A stretch of DNA of 64,000 nucleotides from an uncultured delta proteobacterium (GCA_963737905.1 CAVTUQ010000011.1:1-64000); one strand, 5' to 3'; positions 39,097 through 50,002 are shown, counted from the stretch's first letter. The notes: a model not told the origin generated them from the letters alone. Numbers and translations: made by a program.

Positions 39097-39991
39097 TCCC
39101 GAAGCCGGCGATGATGCGCAGCCTTCGGGTAATCAAATCGTTCGGCTGATTCGCGAGGCAGGACACAAGGCAAAGTATTTTTCGTCGAAGGATAAAACAT
39201 GGAAAAAAGCGCTCAAAAAACCTTGTGATCTCATTGCAGTCGCGGGAGGCGATGGTACCGTCGGTAGGGTCGCGAGACGGCTGATCGATAGTCGCGCTCC
39301 TATCGCCGTCTTGCCGATGGGGACCGCCAATAACATTGCCCGTACGATCGGCGTCACGGGCAGGAAGTTTGACGATCTGATAGAAGGATGGAATGCCGCG
39401 CGCTGTGCGAATTTTGACGCCGCTATAGCCAGAGGTCCGTGGGGATTAAGGTACTTCATCGAAGGCTTCGGAATAGGATTATTCGCCGAGACAATGTTCA
39501 GGATCGAGAACGGCCAGCACTCCCAGGTGTCGCGCTCAGAAGATCCCGAAGAAGAGATAGCCGCGGCTCTCAAAGTACTACGAAAGCAGCTATCCAACTA
39601 TCCGTCGAAGGAGTTGACGGTTCGGCTTGACGGACAGGACCTGTCCGGTGACTATTACATGCTGGAAGCGTTGAATATCCGTTACCTTGGTCCTAATCTC
39701 GATCTCGTCCCGCGCGCGCAAATCAACGATGGACTTCTGGATGTCGTTTTTGTTCCCAAAGGCGAGCAAGCCAAGTTGCGCCAATACATTTCTGATCGTA
39801 TAAAGCGCAAGCGCTCGCGTGTGAACCTGACCGTGCGACAGGGGCGACACTTGCAGGTTGAGTGGAAGAGCTCTCCGGTTCACATCGACGACATGCCATG
39901 GCCCGAAGACGAGGATGGCCACCCGATTCTTTCGAATGCCATTGATATTAGAACCGACCCTGGTGCTCTTGTGTTCCTCAAACCCAGATGA
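39074..39991 (+). CDS. Diacylglycerol/lipid kinase family protein
   Basis: HNPEAG, AGGDGTV, PMGTANNIA and DGLLDV. Confidence 0.9.
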   Translation: MKVTLIHNPEAGDDAQPSGNQIVRLIREAGHKAKYFSSKDKTWKKALKKPCDLIAVAGGDGTVGRVARRLIDSRAPIAVLPMGTANNIARTIGVTGRKFDDLIEGWNAARCANFDAAIARGPWGLRYFIEGFGIGLFAETMFRIENGQHSQVSRSEDPEEEIAAALKVLRKQLSNYPSKELTVRLDGQDLSGDYYMLEALNIRYLGPNLDLVPRAQINDGLLDVVFVPKGEQAKLRQYISDRIKRKRSRVNLTVRQGRHLQVEWKSSPVHIDDMPWPEDEDGHPILSNAIDIRTDPGALVFLKPR

Positions 39992-40033
39992 AAGCTCGCT
40001 AGCCAGGCACCCGGCAGCGGACTGCGGGCGATG

Positions 40034-40528
40034 TCATGCGTTTAACAAGAGCGCGATGTAACCGATCGCGAAAAGCGTCGCCGTCACTGCACTCAACCAG
40101 AAATTCTTCGAACTAAACACGTTAACGCCGAAATTCTGAATCTGATAGAGCCAGGAGCGGCTTCTGATTCTCTCGAAGGAAATCAACTTATCCATTCCCC
40201 AACGGCAAATGAGATGGCGCTCGCCGTTTTCGGTAATTCCCACTGCAATGGGATCTTTGTGGATCTCGCGCTTGCCCCAAACCTCGATTTCGTCGAAATA
40301 ACCGGCTCCCCGGACCATCTCATGGTAAACATCAAACGGAATACCATAAGCAGCCTGAAGGAAAGTATTTGTCTTGCGAAGCAATACTTTCTTGCTGAAC
40401 GGCACGGACTTCACCGGAAGAAACGCTTTCCACTTCTGCCAGTCATCTTCGGAAATCTTGGGGTAAGGAATCACCGTCTGTGCCTGGCCGCCGATCATCG
40501 TGTCTAGCCTATAATTTTCTACGAACAT
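40034..40528 (-). CDS. Hypothetical protein with C-terminal TM anchor
   Basis: 164-aa ORF with RBS GAGGAG; FDEIEVW...DPIAVG...LICRWG. Confidence 0.7.
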   Translation of the reverse strand: MFVENYRLDTMIGGQAQTVIPYPKISEDDWQKWKAFLPVKSVPFSKKVLLRKTNTFLQAAYGIPFDVYHEMVRGAGYFDEIEVWGKREIHKDPIAVGITENGERHLICRWGMDKLISFERIRSRSWLYQIQNFGVNVFSSKNFWLSAVTATLFAIGYIALLLNA

Positions 40529-40704
40529 GACCTTCTCCTCTCTTTGGAATGTTTCTCGCCTCTCATCGAGTCATGATGGCTCCTACATTTGACCACAATT
40601 ACGCTCCCACGCCCTGATAGGATAATGACTCCAATGCAGGATTCGTCAAGAGGGTTCAAATGGGAGGAGAACGTTCATGTGCCCTCTCGTTAATAAATAG
40701 ATGT

Positions 40705-40720
40705 TGTCATATTCCCGACA
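40705..40720. promoter_or_regulatory. Second TGTCA-N6-YGACA box
   Basis: TGTCA-TATTCC-CGACA, ~75 bp upstream of a sigma54 motif. Confidence 0.5.
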
Positions 40721-40793
40721 CTGGACTTTAGTAAGTGTAGGGTTTTCTTGACGGACGGCCGGAGGACAGGCTGAAAACAACAGCGTTTTCAGC

Positions 40794-40809
40794 GGGCATA
40801 GGGTTTGCT
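40794..40809 (+). promoter_or_regulatory. sigma54 -24/-12 promoter
   Basis: GGGCAT-AGGGT-TTGCT. Confidence 0.65.
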
Positions 40810-40923
40810 GATCTCTCGCTAAAGCGAAAATGAAGATTTGGTTCGATTGAAAGGACGATTGGCGAAGGGCGTGAAACCGGCTCGGTAGAATTCAACGAAT
40901 TTGGATCGTTTTGAGAGCGTAGG

Positions 40924-41295
40924 ATGGGAACAAACATCCTAGTTGTTGACGATGATCTCTTCCAGAGGGAACTGATTTCTAAGGTCCTGCGCAAGGATGG
41001 TTACCAAGTCGTCGAGGCCTGCGACGGAGCTCTCGCACTGGAAATACTTCAGGCGCTAAGCTTCGATCTGGTAATTACCGATTTTATGATGCCAAAGCTG
41101 AATGGGCTTGAGTTCGTCGAGCAGCTACACTCCCTTCATCCACGAATCCCCATACTTTTTATAACCGGTTATCTCTCTGTCATTCCACAAGAGACGATAT
41201 TGGATGACGTAGCAGAGATTCTTCCGAAGCCTTTTGAGCTCGGTGTTCTCCGGTCAACTGTCCAGCGTCTCCTGATCAACTCAGCATCATGCTAA
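40924..41295 (+). CDS. Single-domain response regulator
   Basis: ILVVDDD, ITDFMMPKLNG, ITGY and KPF. Confidence 0.92.
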   Translation: MGTNILVVDDDLFQRELISKVLRKDGYQVVEACDGALALEILQALSFDLVITDFMMPKLNGLEFVEQLHSLHPRIPILFITGYLSVIPQETILDDVAEILPKPFELGVLRSTVQRLLINSASC

Positions 41296-42714
41296 ACCAC
41301 TCTCCCCACCTAAATTGGCGCCCTGCCGGATAAGCTCATCTTGGACATCGAGGACGGGTACAGCCCGTGGAGCTCTTTTTTGGCGAACCGCGAGGGCGCC
41401 ACATACACCCGCGGCCTGCCCCGTGGCCATGGAAACCGGCATGACGCGGTAGGAAGAGTGCGCTTCATGAGTTCCCGAGATACATCGACCTGCAACCATA
41501 ACGCCGTCGGCCTCCCGCGGCAGGAGACACCGCAATGGGATGTCATAGGCTTCCCCGGGCGGTAGGCGCTTTAGCAACGTACCCGTGCCTTCGGGATTGT
41601 GGATGTCTACAGGATAAGTGCTGCGGGCAATCACGTCCGGGAACTTTCGCGCCTGCAGAATATCATCCGCCGTGAGCTGATAATCCCCTAGGATTCGCCT
41701 TGTCTCTCTCACCCCGATGTTCACTCCGCTTTGCACAACGTACCCCTTTTCAAAACCGGGTACATGACCGCGCAGGAAAGCGGCGATCTGACGCATCTGG
41801 CGGCGGCCTTCCCATTCCGCGAACGACAAATCCCACACATCAATCCCCGATACTCTCGTGACGCGCGTGCTATTGACACTGACTTCCCGGTCGTGAGGGG
41901 TAGCGAAGAATAGCATATCCTCCCGCGGCAACTGCAGCTTGCCTTCAGCGGCCGCTCTGCGAATAAGATCCCAGAGCCCATGCACCCCACGCCATTGATC
42001 GGGGTGTTGCTTCACGTACGCTTCAAAACCTCCCCGATCGAACTCGGTAATCCGAAACATAAGAGTCATGGGCTGCACCAACCCGTCATCTTCTCTACCG
42101 ATCTCGTAGGGTGCCCCCGCACGAGCCGCGACATCCCCATCGCCGGTGCAGTCGATGACGACGTGGGCGCGTATCACAAGGGGTCCGGACTTCGTTTCAA
42201 ACACGACCTGTCTTTTATCGTCACTGTCAAAGAGGTCGGTGGCAAAAGCATGAAAGAGAAAATCCACTTTGGCTTCATCTAGAAGATCCAACGCAACGAG
42301 CTTGAATATTTCCGGGTCGAAGGGCACCACGTAGCCGGTATTTAAAGAAGGTGCAATGGCGCCCCCCGCCTTCACCAAACGATGCAGGAACGTAGTGACC
42401 ACTCCAGCGACGACAGGCTCTCCCGCGCCATGGTCGGTAGGGAGCAACGTGACCGCGTCTGGTTTTTCTCGTCTCTGCTGCTGTGTATGAAAGGACATGA
42501 GGGGCATCACGAGAGCGGCCGTCGCATTGCCGCCGAGAAAACCATAGCGCTCTGTCAAGATGACCCGAGCACCAGCTTTGGCGGCCCCAAAGGCTGCGCC
42601 GAGCCCGGCTGGCCCGCCCCCCACAACCAGGACATCGGTTTCGGCGGCGAGTCGCGCGACGCGAGGCGGGAGACTAACGGAGCCTGCGTTCTTCGGATGG
42701 CGAAGGGGCGGCAT
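41287..42714 (-). CDS. FAD-dependent oxidoreductase (FAD_oxidored family)
   Basis: VVGGGPAG, IDCTGDGD, GVRETRRI and AGRCIS...SSYRVMP...TGQAAG. Confidence 0.88.
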   Translation of the reverse strand: MPPLRHPKNAGSVSLPPRVARLAAETDVLVVGGGPAGLGAAFGAAKAGARVILTERYGFLGGNATAALVMPLMSFHTQQQRREKPDAVTLLPTDHGAGEPVVAGVVTTFLHRLVKAGGAIAPSLNTGYVVPFDPEIFKLVALDLLDEAKVDFLFHAFATDLFDSDDKRQVVFETKSGPLVIRAHVVIDCTGDGDVAARAGAPYEIGREDDGLVQPMTLMFRITEFDRGGFEAYVKQHPDQWRGVHGLWDLIRRAAAEGKLQLPREDMLFFATPHDREVSVNSTRVTRVSGIDVWDLSFAEWEGRRQMRQIAAFLRGHVPGFEKGYVVQSGVNIGVRETRRILGDYQLTADDILQARKFPDVIARSTYPVDIHNPEGTGTLLKRLPPGEAYDIPLRCLLPREADGVMVAGRCISGTHEAHSSYRVMPVSMATGQAAGVCGALAVRQKRAPRAVPVLDVQDELIRQGANLGGESGLA

Positions 42715-42734
42715 AAGCTCAATCTCGCGCGCAA

Positions 42735-43850
42735 TTAGTCTGATTTCAAAGATTGCAGGAGATCGCAGAGAATCCGATTGGTTTTTTTGGCGCGTTCCTG
42801 CAGGGGAGGAAAATTTTCTTCGAGTTTTTTCTTGATGCGATCCCGCGTGTCCCACGAGCGATCAAGAAACGCACACAGTTTACCGACGTTTAACGCCGTA
42901 ATGGGAGGCATCGGCATTTCCAAATCGGACAGGAAACCGGAAACCTTCGATGCATAAGGGAGCGCGACAAAGGGAACCTTTTGAATTCCCGCAAAGATCA
43001 GGAAATGAAGTCTCATACCCACAACAAACGACATATTCTTGATCAATCCCAGCACCTCGGCTGAAGTATACTCTCCCTTAAGCACATTCGCCCGCTGGGC
43101 ATTAGCCATCTTCGAGATGACGGCATGAGAATGCTGCGGATCTTTATTCTCTCCTCCCTCCATTGGGACAAAGAGAATCTGGGCATCGAACCGTTCCACC
43201 ATGTAATCCGCCGTATTGGCGAGAATCGCATGATATTGCTCGATATTGAGATCCGGCGCAGCGGGACCCGGTTCGCGCACCGAAAATCCTACGAGGTGAT
43301 TATCCGGGTCGATCCCTTCCTTCTTGAGCATATCCTTGGTGAATGATTGTGGCTTCAATAAAAGGGCGGGATCGCTGGTAATCTCGATCTCTTCATTCAC
43401 CCCTAAATCATTTAAAATTCTTTTGGCTTCGCTTTCTCGAACCGTGATTTTATCGACTCGATTAAGCGTCTCGACAACGAGTTGCTTTGATTCCGGGGTT
43501 TTGAAAGGACCGACGCTAATGGCGTAGATAATGACGGGAATGCCTAACTCCTTGGCCCAATTCACATCTCTGAGATAGGTTTCAATCGCTCCGTCGTATA
43601 GGATGCCGCCTCCACCGAGGACGAAGAGATCGAGCTTGCGCAGCTCTTCAAAAACTTCATCCTTGTGCATTTCCCGAATCGCAAGTGCTCGGACCTTGTG
43701 TCTCCGTTCCGTATCCTTTGGGTTACGTGAGAAGACGACGATGTCCACGTCGAGAGAAGCGCGAAGCTCCCGCAAAATGACCTCGAGAATGGCCTCGTCT
43801 CCCAGATTCAATCCGCCATAAGATCCCGAAATGGCAACCCGGTATTTCAT
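42735..43850 (-). CDS. Polysaccharide pyruvyl transferase family (CsaB/WcaK-like)
   Basis: GSYGGLNLGDEAIL, GGGGIL, ITVRE, DPALLL, GMRLH and YASKV. Confidence 0.9.
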   Translation of the reverse strand: MKYRVAISGSYGGLNLGDEAILEVILRELRASLDVDIVVFSRNPKDTERRHKVRALAIREMHKDEVFEELRKLDLFVLGGGGILYDGAIETYLRDVNWAKELGIPVIIYAISVGPFKTPESKQLVVETLNRVDKITVRESEAKRILNDLGVNEEIEITSDPALLLKPQSFTKDMLKKEGIDPDNHLVGFSVREPGPAAPDLNIEQYHAILANTADYMVERFDAQILFVPMEGGENKDPQHSHAVISKMANAQRANVLKGEYTSAEVLGLIKNMSFVVGMRLHFLIFAGIQKVPFVALPYASKVSGFLSDLEMPMPPITALNVGKLCAFLDRSWDTRDRIKKKLEENFPPLQERAKKTNRILCDLLQSLKSD

Positions 43851-43867
43851 GGAGCATCGCCTGAGAC

Positions 43868-44077
43868 TTATTCATCCAATCTAAAGCCGAGCTTAACCGT
43901 GACTTGCCAATAATCCACTTTGCCGTCTTCAATATATCCACGGCTCTCAACAATTTGAAACCAACGCAAATCGTGAAGCGTCTTGGATGCTTTGGTAATA
44001 GCGCTCTGGACGGCATCTTCGATACTGGTTTTGGAAGAGCCTGTCAGTTCAACCTGTTTGTAAACGTGTTCGTTCAT
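43868..44077 (-). CDS. Dodecin (flavin-binding)
   Basis: [12 protein letters not shown]...[11 protein letters not shown]...WQVTVKLGF. Confidence 0.93.
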   Translation of the reverse strand: MNEHVYKQVELTGSSKTSIEDAVQSAITKASKTLHDLRWFQIVESRGYIEDGKVDYWQVTVKLGFRLDE

Positions 44078-44191
44078 AAAACCTCCAAGGCCAATGTGCC
44101 TCTGTTCATGTACTCTTCATGCATTCTGGGTCCATCTATAGATTATGCGGCAGGTAATCATATACTGCGTTTGGAAGATTGCTCAAGAGTC

Positions 44192-44207
44192 CGCAAGTGG
44201 TGTGCCA
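44192..44207 (-). promoter_or_regulatory. sigma54 -24/-12 promoter (dodecin operon)
   Basis: TGGCAC-ACCAC-TTGCG on the minus strand. Confidence 0.78.
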
Positions 44208-44493
44208 CACATGGAAACGGAGATTTTCAGTCACTTCTTGATCTGAGGCTCTAGTGTATCTGGATTTGCCACCTCTTGCTCAAAAACCAGATCCGGTGCT
44301 CCCAATGACCCATAGTGAGTGCGCATCACTCTCGGACTTAAACCACCCGCTTCGGCGACGCATTCGCGAAGTGTCATAAGCTTTCCTCTACCTCCTGGGT
44401 CTTGCCGGGCAATGTGTGAAACGTTAAACGTGAGACGTACATGAGTCCTCCTTTCCAATCTCCCAAGCAGGGCGCTCTACCGGAGCTCAGCAG

Positions 44494-44682
44494 TTATTTC
44501 TTCTTGGCCTTCTTACGTGGAACTTTTCCTCCGGCGCGGCGAGCTTCCGACAGCCCAATGGCAATAGCTTGTTTTCGGCTCGTGACCTTTTTTCTCGAAC
44601 GTCCGCTTTTCAAGGTTCCTCTTTTGCGTTCGTGCATCGCTCTCTTAACTTTCTCCGATGCTTTCCTTCCGTATTTAGCCAT
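44494..44682 (-). CDS. DUF6496-family small basic protein
   Basis: KVKRAMHERKRGTLKSG...SRKQAIAIGLSEARRAG. Confidence 0.85.
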   Translation of the reverse strand: MAKYGRKASEKVKRAMHERKRGTLKSGRSRKKVTSRKQAIAIGLSEARRAGGKVPRKKAKKK

Positions 44683-44743
44683 ATGATTCCCCCTAAATGA
44701 TCTTTACAGCGGCGAAGATGAATCCCTCGCTTTTTTCATTTCG

Positions 44744-44759
44744 TGCAAGAGTTGTTCCT
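44744..44759 (-). promoter_or_regulatory. sigma54 -24/-12 promoter
   Basis: AGGAAC-AACTC-TTGCA on the minus strand. Confidence 0.65.
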
Positions 44760-44902
44760 GTTTCGGTCACGTTCCAAATTGACAAGAGAAAACAGTGGGG
44801 CCGACCAACTTACCGGGTAAGATTGAATATTGAAACGTAACCGATTGAGCAAGATTGTTTCTATATTGTCTGTTTTATCGTACTCGGTAGTATGCAAATG
44901 TC

Positions 44903-45169
44903 TTAATCAAGCAGAGCCGCTTTGATTGCGGCCTCGATCGGTGAGATCGCGTCAGGACAAAAATGTTTGGCGACCTGCAGCAGCATTTTCGCATCATCTG
45001 GATCGCATGGAATAAGTATGGTGTCGGATTCGGTTTTCACAGCATTTGTTAGCCTGAAGTAAACCGGAGATGCTTCACTGGCCCGCTTCAGCAGCGAATG
45101 ATGGTGTTCGGAAGACAATTCAATCAATATCTTGCCTCGCGGCGTTTCGGCCTTGACTGTGAGCTCCAT
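44903..45169 (-). CDS. Small hypothetical protein
   Basis: 88 aa; strong RBS AAGGAGGAG. Confidence 0.65.
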   Translation of the reverse strand: MELTVKAETPRGKILIELSSEHHHSLLKRASEASPVYFRLTNAVKTESDTILIPCDPDDAKMLLQVAKHFCPDAISPIEAAIKAALLD

Positions 45170-45872
45170 AACTCCTCCTTAAACATGAAACGAAATCTTC
45201 GGTGATTCACTGCTAATTTAATTTGCCAATGAAAAATGTCGAGGGGTCGAGGAAAAAATTTCAGTTGTTTAAATCATGCTGATGGGATCACGTACATTCA
45301 TCCGCCAGATTCCTTACAAACGATGCGTTGAGTCGACCCGGTTTTGACCGTCCCGCGACCCGACGAAATAGGACCTCAAGAATGGAGTGCGCGTCCTCCC
45401 GCAGCCAGCGCCGCTTCCCGAAGAGCTTCGGGAAGCGTAGGGTGGGCGTGACACGAACGGGCAATGTCCTCGCTACTGGCGGAAAAGGCTATGGCGGTGG
45501 CGGCCTCGGCAATGAGATCGCCCGCCCGCGCGCCAAGGATGTGAACCCCGAGAATACGATCGCTCTTGGCATCGGCCAGCACTTTCACTTTGCCTTCGAT
45601 TTGACCCAGCGTATGGGCGCGGCCATTGGCGCGGAAGGGAAAGACCCCGCTTCGATAGTCAGTCCCATCCCGCTTCAGATCCTCCTCGGTCTTGCCGACG
45701 GAGGCTATCTCCGGATCGGTGTACACCACGTTGGGAATCGTATGATAATCGACATGGCCATAGCCTGTGACAATGCGTTCGACACAAGCAATCCCTTCTT
45801 CTTGAGCTTTATGGGCCAGCATCGGACCACCGACGACATCGCCGATCGCATAGACGCCCGCGGCGGACGTTA

Positions 45873-46972
45873 TTGACTCTCGTATAAATAATGGATATCC
45901 ATTCAATAATCGTTTATGCTATGGGGCATGCGACCCCATGGAACCCCTCAACAGCTAGAAGGACGAAGACGTCGAGCCGTAGCTCTTTTGCGAGCTGGCA
46001 AAACGTACCAGTCTGTAGCCGCGACACTGAACGCTTCGATAAGCTCCGTGGTGCGTTGGGCCCAGGGCTTTCGCCGAGGTGGGGCAGCAGCGCTGCGGCC
46101 CAAACCAACGCCCGGGCGCCCGCCCCGGTTGTCGAAGTCGCAAAAGCGCAGGCTCCTGCAACTGTTGGAGCAAGGTGCTGGCGCGGCGGGCTATACCACA
46201 GAGCTATGGACTCTGCCGCGAATTGCCAAGCTGATCGAGAAACATTTCGGGATTGTCTATCACTCCGGTCATGTGTGGCGGGTGATGATGGGTCTAAAAT
46301 GGACGTGGCAGAAGCCGGAGCGCAGAGCCACGCAGAGAAACGAGCAAGCCATCGCGCGCTGGAAAAAGCAGCAGTGGCCGGGGTTAAAAAAAAGCCCAAA
46401 GACTTGGGGCCCATCTCGTATTCCTCGACGAAAGCGGATTCCTCCTCATCCCTAACGTGCGCAAGACCTGGGCGCCAGTTGGCGATACTCCGATCTTTAG
46501 ACACAGCTACAGTCGGGAGCGGATTTCTGCCATCTCCGCAGTCACTGTCTCTCCCTCGCGCAAGCGGCTTGGACTTTACTTCCGTTTCCACAGCTCCAAT
46601 ATTACGGGGGTGGAGGTCATCGGCTTTTTGCGTCACCTCCTCTGGCATTTGCACGGACCGATGGTGCTGCTCTGGGATGGTGGCCCCATCCACAGGCGCC
46701 TCATCGTCAAGGAGTTCGTTCGCCAACACAAGCGGCTCCATGTGCATCGATTTCCAGCCTATGCCCCAGAGCTCAATCCCGATGAGTTTGTGTGGACCAA
46801 AGCCAAACACTCTCTGGCCAATGGTGCGCCAAAGGACATCGTTGAGCTTGGATGTCGGCTCCGCAGCACGATCCATCGCGTCCGGCGCTCTCAACGGCTT
46901 CTTTGGTCGTGCATTCATGCTTCGGAGTTACCGTGGCCTTAATTAGCGATATATCCATTATTAGGAGTTCAA
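45873..46972 (+). mobile_element. IS630-family insertion sequence (1100 bp)
   Basis: TA duplication at 45871-45872 and 46973-46974; imperfect terminal IRs TTGA...AATAATGGATAT. Confidence 0.92.
45928..46942 (+). CDS. IS630 transposase (two ORFs, -1 frameshift at A8 run 46386-46393)
   Basis: HTH ORF (WTLPRI, QKPERRA), then in the -1 frame LVFLDESGF, LLWDGGPIH and PAYAPELNPDEFVW. Confidence 0.9.
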
Positions 46973-47889
46973 TAGGTAGTTTTTATCGATGGAGATGTAA
47001 CCTTTTTGGTCGGTCTTAATGCTCAAAGATTTAAGCTCCAACCCGTCCGTACATGGCAAGCGGCCCACAGCGACCAGGACGCGGTCGCAAAGCGTGGGCT
47101 CCTTCCCTTCACACTCGACCACGCAGCGTTGGCCTTCCACACGGACTTCGAGGACACGGCTTTGAAGCTGAAACTCCAACCCTTGCTTTTCGAGAAGCTT
47201 CATCGCGTCTCGCGCGATGTCGCGGTCCATCTCCGGCAGAATCCTGTCCATCACTTCGAGGACGGTGACCTTGGCTCCGAGTCTCTTCCACACCGAGCCA
47301 AGCTCGAGCCCGACGGCACCGGCGCCGATGACGACGAGATGGCCAGGCACTTCTTTGTAGCTCAAAGCTTCGGTACTGGTAGCGACCCGATCGCCATCCA
47401 GATTGATATGCGGCAGGGTGGCCGGCTTGCTTCCGGTGGCGATAAGGATGAACCGGCTCTTGAGATCGATGGCGTCCTTTCCCGCATCGACCAGGACCCG
47501 TCCGGGCTCGACAATCCGGCCAGTTCCCGCATAGCGTGAAATCTTGTTCTTGCGAAAGAGCGACTCGACACCCTTGGAAAGAACTCTTACCGTTTTTTCC
47601 TTGCGGCGCATGATCGTCGGAAGGTCGAACTGGATGTCTTTAAATCGAATTCCATGATGGGCGAAATCTTCCTTTGCTCTCCAGAAGAGCTCGCTCGATT
47701 CCAACAGAGCCTTGCTCGGAATGCAGCCGATGCGCAGGCACGTTCCACCGAGATCCTGCTCCTTCTCCACGCAGCCCACGTTTAGGCCCAGCTGCGCCGC
47801 GCGGATGGCAGCCACGTAGCCTCCCGGACCGGCGCCGATGATAACGAGATCGTGTTGTTTTTGTTCCATGTCAAACTTCGAGCAGAAAT

Positions 47890-50002
47890 CCGCGCCGGCA
47901 ATGAACTGATCAATGATCACCTGAGCGGCATTGACGAAGTCACCGAACTGGGCCTCCCAGAGAACCAGGCCCTCCGGACAATCGAGACTATAACCGTACT
48001 CAAAACCCAAAACTCCTACCTCCGAGAGCGGGCTGTTATAAATCTCTACCGGCGCTTGTTTGGAAGCCACGTGCTGAAGGGGAACGTACGATTGTCCATC
48101 TTCATAATCATACAGTACGGCATGTCTTTGGCTGAACGTGCCACGGGCGCTATCCTGGCCGGCCAGACGCACGCGGTAACCTGCGCAAGCAAGGCTGGCG
48201 AAGGCCAGAGACTCAGCGGCAGCCCAGTCCAGAGGTCGTTTGCCCTGGGCCATTTCGCGCCTGATTCCAATTCCGCGCACGATCTTGGGATGAGGATGAA
48301 AATTTTCGGGAAGTCGGGTCTGAGCGTCAAGAAACTCCGAAAGTTTCTCCTTGCCAACCCCGGTATCGATGTCGGCCCCCGCGGGCTCGGGCCCGCCTCT
48401 GTATCCACTCCAGATGCCGCGCAAGGCATCAGTTGCCGGGACATAACCCGGGCGGCGCGCCTTGGAGAGATCATCCTCGAGCTTTTTCAAACCCTCGGCT
48501 GCAATTTTTTCAGCCTCGCCACGCGTCAACCCGCCCAATTCCAACAGACGTTCTAGATAGCTATCACGCACCGATTTTCGGTTTTCGATGGCGCGATAGA
48601 GCACAGGCTGGGTAAAGGAAGGCTCATCGCCTTCGTTGTGTCCCAAGCGCCGATAACAGTACATGTCGATGACCACGTCGCGTTTGAATTGGTAGCGAAA
48701 ATCGAGGGCGAGCCGAACCACCTGAGCCACCGCTTCAGGATCTTCCCCATTGACGTGGAAAATCGGAATCTGAAGCATCTTCGCCACATCCGTGGCGTAG
48801 GTGCTGGATCTCGCTTCGCCGGAGAAGTCGTGAAACCGATCTGGTTATTCACAATGACATGCAACGCGCCGCCGACCGCGTAGCCTTTTAGCTGACTTAA
48901 ATTGAGCGTCTCCTGCGCGATCCCCTCTCCGGCAAAGCTCGCGTCGCCGTGTATTAACAGAACCAAGCCCCGCTTTCTTTCGGTATCGCCGACGCGGTCC
49001 TGCTTGGCGCGCATGCGGCCGAGCGCCACAGGACTGACAAACTCCAGGTGACTGGGATTGAAACAAAGCGATAGGTGAACTTCGCGGCCGGACGCCGTCA
49101 TCCAATCGTTGCTGTAGCCCAGATGGTACTTTACGTCGCCTCGCCCGGTATAGAGTTCCGGCGCGGTATCTTCGAATTCCCAGAAAATTTCTTGTGGGCT
49201 CTTGCCGATGATGTTGGCCAGCACGTTTAATCGCCCGCGATGGGCCATGGCGATGACAATCTCCTGGACTTCTTGCTCGGCGGCCTTGTCGATGGCGAGG
49301 TCCAGGAGAGGGATCAGGCTTTCGCCTCCTTCCAGGGAGAACGTCTTGGCCCCGAGGTATTTCCTGCGGAGAAATTCCTCGAAGATGACTGCGTCGGTGA
49401 GCCGGGTGAAGATGCGAATCTTTTCCTCCCGGCTGAGTTCGAGACGATTTTGCGTTCGTTCCATGCGCTCTTGCAGCCAGTGTCGCACTGACAACTCGTC
49501 AATGTGCATGAACTGGACGCCGATGGACCGGCAATAGGTGTTGCGGAGCCGCTCAAAGATTTCTCGCAGCGAGATCGCGCCATCGCAGAGTGTGTCACAG
49601 GAAAAACTTCGAGTCATCTCCGCCTCGCCGAAAGCGTAGAATTCCGGTTCGAGTTCAGGGATGCGTGGCCGGGGTAACTCCAATGGATCGATGGCGGCGA
49701 TCATATGGCCGCGGACGCGATAATTGCGGATGAGCTCATCAACGCGGTTTTGCATCGCGGTGACTTCGGCCTCACGAGCGCCAAAGTCGCCGTTGCCGAC
49801 TATGAATGGGTTAAAGATGCCGGGCGGGCGGAACGTTGGACCGAGACGAGGCACCGTCCCACCACGGTCAGAGTTTGATAGGTGTATCGAAATAGCCCCT
49901 CCATTCGGCTGGAATGGAAAGTGGATCTTTGAGGTAATCTAGATAAAGTCCTTCAACAAAGGCGAGATTAATGGTGTTCGGCAAACGTTCCGCTTCGCTC
50001 AT
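47890..50002 (-). pseudogene. sucA: 2-oxoglutarate dehydrogenase E1, two frameshifts and 3' deletion, fused in frame to lpdA
   Basis: [39 protein letters not shown] and LWEAQFGDF; shifts near 49883 and 48819; homology ends at IDQFIAGA. Confidence 0.9.

Larger units (their letters stand above)
45376..47869 (-). pseudogene. lpdA: Dihydrolipoyl dehydrogenase interrupted by IS630
   Basis: GAGPGGYVAAIRAAQLG and GGTCLRIGCIPSK in the 5' part; AIGDVVGGPMLAHKA...HAHPTLPE in the 3' part; empty site restores DKNYLTSAAG. Confidence 0.92.

Noticed and set aside
45891-46946. 351-aa alternate-frame and 334-aa antisense ORFs spanning IS630
   Set aside because: No recognisable motifs; the transposase frames explain the sequence
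46961-48787. Apparent novel E1-E3 fusion enzyme
   Set aside because: Both halves are broken; better explained as a deletion in a decaying operon
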